Source of the DNA: a virus
Taxonomy: Duplodnaviria > Caudoviricetes
Strand: one strand, 5' to 3'
IMG/VR virus record: IMGVR_UViG_3300020325_000077
Location: 1-24,001 of that record
Length of the DNA: 24,001 nt
Of this stretch, positions 22,536 through 24,001 are shown in pieces. Made by a program: the position numbers and the translations under genes. The notes beneath the pieces are model-generated. The model was not told the origin of the DNA. It did no database searches and worked only from the letters and a program-made list of their open reading frames with translations. Position 1 is the first letter of the stretch. Every line of letters begins with the position of its first letter.

Positions 22536-23361
22536 CATGGACGTGTGGGTGTGTATGTCCTGGAGGATTGTTCACAATCACATCAGCACACACTTTATAG
22601 TAAGGACTCTTGGGATGAAAGCGAATTCCACGCAACATCAAATCGCCACAATTTTTGAGTCTCGCGATCTCAAAATCTAACCGCTTATTAGCAGTGAGTT
22701 GTGCATTCAATTCAATCTGAGTTCGTGCTGCTTTCTTACACAACTCCTGCATTTCTTTATCAGTTGGTGTACTCCATGTCATGGAGAAACCAATGCCAAG
22801 ATTGTAATTATCTTTTTGTCCAGTTCTTGTAGGAACATTGTAGAGAATCGAGCCTGGATTATCAGGTGCTCCATCTCCAATTGGTTTCCCATCATCATCA
22901 AAATCACCAGTCAAATCTCGCATATCATATACAGGAGAGTCATAATAATCTTCATAAGGTCTAGTAAAAGAACCACTTCCTGTTACATATGGGGTAAAAT
23001 TACGAGTGGGTCCTTGACACTGAATTCCCCCTCCATATGTGTTAGTAATATATGGGCCTTGTAAAACCTGAATAGCTTGATTAGTAACTGAGCCTGAGCT
23101 ATTTGCTACTGGAGCTGCTGTGGCGCTGACACCCCCCACATTCGCATGAGCAGGGGAGTTTATGACCGCAGTCGGGACAATGCTTGATAGACATATTACT
23201 GAGAGAAGATACTTGTAGTGTCGGTTACGCTTGTAACCTCGGTCGTTCTTTGGATAATCGTTTGTTGACTTAAACCAGGACCTTGATACGTTTCTGTGAA
23301 CTGAAACGCTGCTCCTGGTGTTGTTTGTGTGAACGTTGGTTTGCTGTTGACGCCTGTCCAT
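22312..23361 (-). CDS. Exported hypothetical protein; start uncertain, tail overlaps the opposite-strand gene
   Basis: Signal-peptide-like KYLLSVICLSSIVPTAVINSPAHA; protein-like core (SGSVTNQAIQVLQGPY...CQGPT...NLGIGFSMTWSTP...ARLKNCG...HTHPHVH) fills 22535-23195, where no other credible gene lies. Confidence 0.72.
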   Translation of the reverse strand: MDRRQQQTNVHTNNTRSSVSVHRNVSRSWFKSTNDYPKNDRGYKRNRHYKYLLSVICLSSIVPTAVINSPAHANVGGVSATAAPVANSSGSVTNQAIQVLQGPYITNTYGGGIQCQGPTRNFTPYVTGSGSFTRPYEDYYDSPVYDMRDLTGDFDDDGKPIGDGAPDNPGSILYNVPTRTGQKDNYNLGIGFSMTWSTPTDKEMQELCKKAARTQIELNAQLTANKRLDFEIARLKNCGDLMLRGIRFHPKSPYYKVCADVIVNNPPGHTHPHVHAIPSSSSSSGTQNEAPSQRGSSDAALLGAPLSTRLGASYPARQQSSSSLSSQQVSPLLTKDQQEVLRAVQKSSQ

Positions 23362-23633
23362 GTTGTAGTCACTCCATCAATAGTTGCATTATTTGTTCCT
23401 GTCCCTGGAGACAGATTTCCATTAGCAGTAATACCACTACCTGTCACAGAGTATTGATACCCTGTGTTATAATCCATCGAATTGATGGTTTCGGTAATTT
23501 TTTGTGTGGTCTCTGTGTGGCTCGTCATTGAGCCCTGTGTGAAATTTGGGACTACTGGGACTGCACTTGCGACAGTCCCATGTAAAGCACCAAGAATCAA
23601 CCCGAGACCGATTGCTTCTTGTAATCTAGACAT
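23196..23633 (-). CDS. Exported Thr-rich beta protein (145 aa)
   Basis: Signal peptide ending VASA, then VPVVPNFTQGSMTSHTETTQKITETI...GAAFQFTETYQGPG...TTEVTSVTDTTSIFSQ. Confidence 0.82.
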   Translation of the reverse strand: MSRLQEAIGLGLILGALHGTVASAVPVVPNFTQGSMTSHTETTQKITETINSMDYNTGYQYSVTGSGITANGNLSPGTGTNNATIDGVTTTWTGVNSKPTFTQTTPGAAFQFTETYQGPGLSQQTIIQRTTEVTSVTDTTSIFSQ

Positions 23634-23641
23634 ATTTATTA

Positions 23642-24001
23642 TCAGTCGATAACAGTAATCTCAGAAACGAATTGTCCTGTGGCACTTGTACCTGCCCCAC
23701 CTGCCGTTACGGTTAGAACACCTGCACTGGTTACAGTACCTGCTAGAGTGTCCTTTGTGCCTGCGGCATAAGTTGTAAGCGAACCGAAGTTTGGATTAGC
23801 ACCTAAAGTTGCAGCACTTGTAGGTACAGCATCAGCCTGTGTATAAGATTGACTGAAACTAAATGCTGCTCCAGCAGTATCTTGAGTAGCAGCAATTGTG
23901 CCAGGATTGTATACACCAGAGGTGATAGTACCAGCAGAAACTGTGCCTGCAGTTGACCCGTCCGTAGTATCAATATTTGAACCTGAGATACTGAACGAGG
24001 A
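23642..24001 (-). CDS. Thr/Ala/Gly-rich beta protein, 5' end outside the window (absent from the ORF track)
   Basis: Open for 119 codons from the window edge: SSFSISGSNIDTTDGSTAG...TQDTAGAAFSFSQSYTQAD...GGAGTSATGQFVSEITVID, then TGA TAA TAA and the next ATG at 23633. Confidence 0.85.
   Translation of the reverse strand, partial: SSFSISGSNIDTTDGSTAGTVSAGTITSGVYNPGTIAATQDTAGAAFSFSQSYTQADAVPTSAATLGANPNFGSLTTYAAGTKDTLAGTVTSAGVLTVTAGGAGTSATGQFVSEITVID

Noticed and set aside
23633-23640. Minus-strand AATAAATA as a late promoter
   Set aside because: It is formed by tandem stop codons and overlaps the A of the next ATG, so it could not transcribe that gene intact.
1-24001. Introns, inteins, homing endonucleases, transposases or stop-codon reassignment
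   Set aside because: Genes tile compactly under the standard bacterial code and no such motifs were seen.

Overview
A fragment of a T4-like marine cyanophage (cyanomyovirus, Synechococcus/Prochlorococcus-type) genome. 1-2.9 kb is an auxiliary/middle block: 3' part of transaldolase talC, glutaredoxin, a Phd/YefM-like small protein, two hypotheticals, two 2OG-Fe(II) oxygenases flanking a ~210-nt highly structured non-coding RNA (probably manA-like), and tRNA-Gly(TCC). 2.9-20.5 kb is a late structural block with T4-type NATAAATA promoters: two related fibre proteins, a subtilisin (S8) protease ending in a cupredoxin-like domain, and three very large mosaic virion/fibre proteins. 20.5-24 kb holds seven unannotated membrane or exported proteins in two convergent, heavily overlapping operons, the best candidate here for an undescribed envelope or lysis system. 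All family assignments come from motif recognition by eye; no searches were run.
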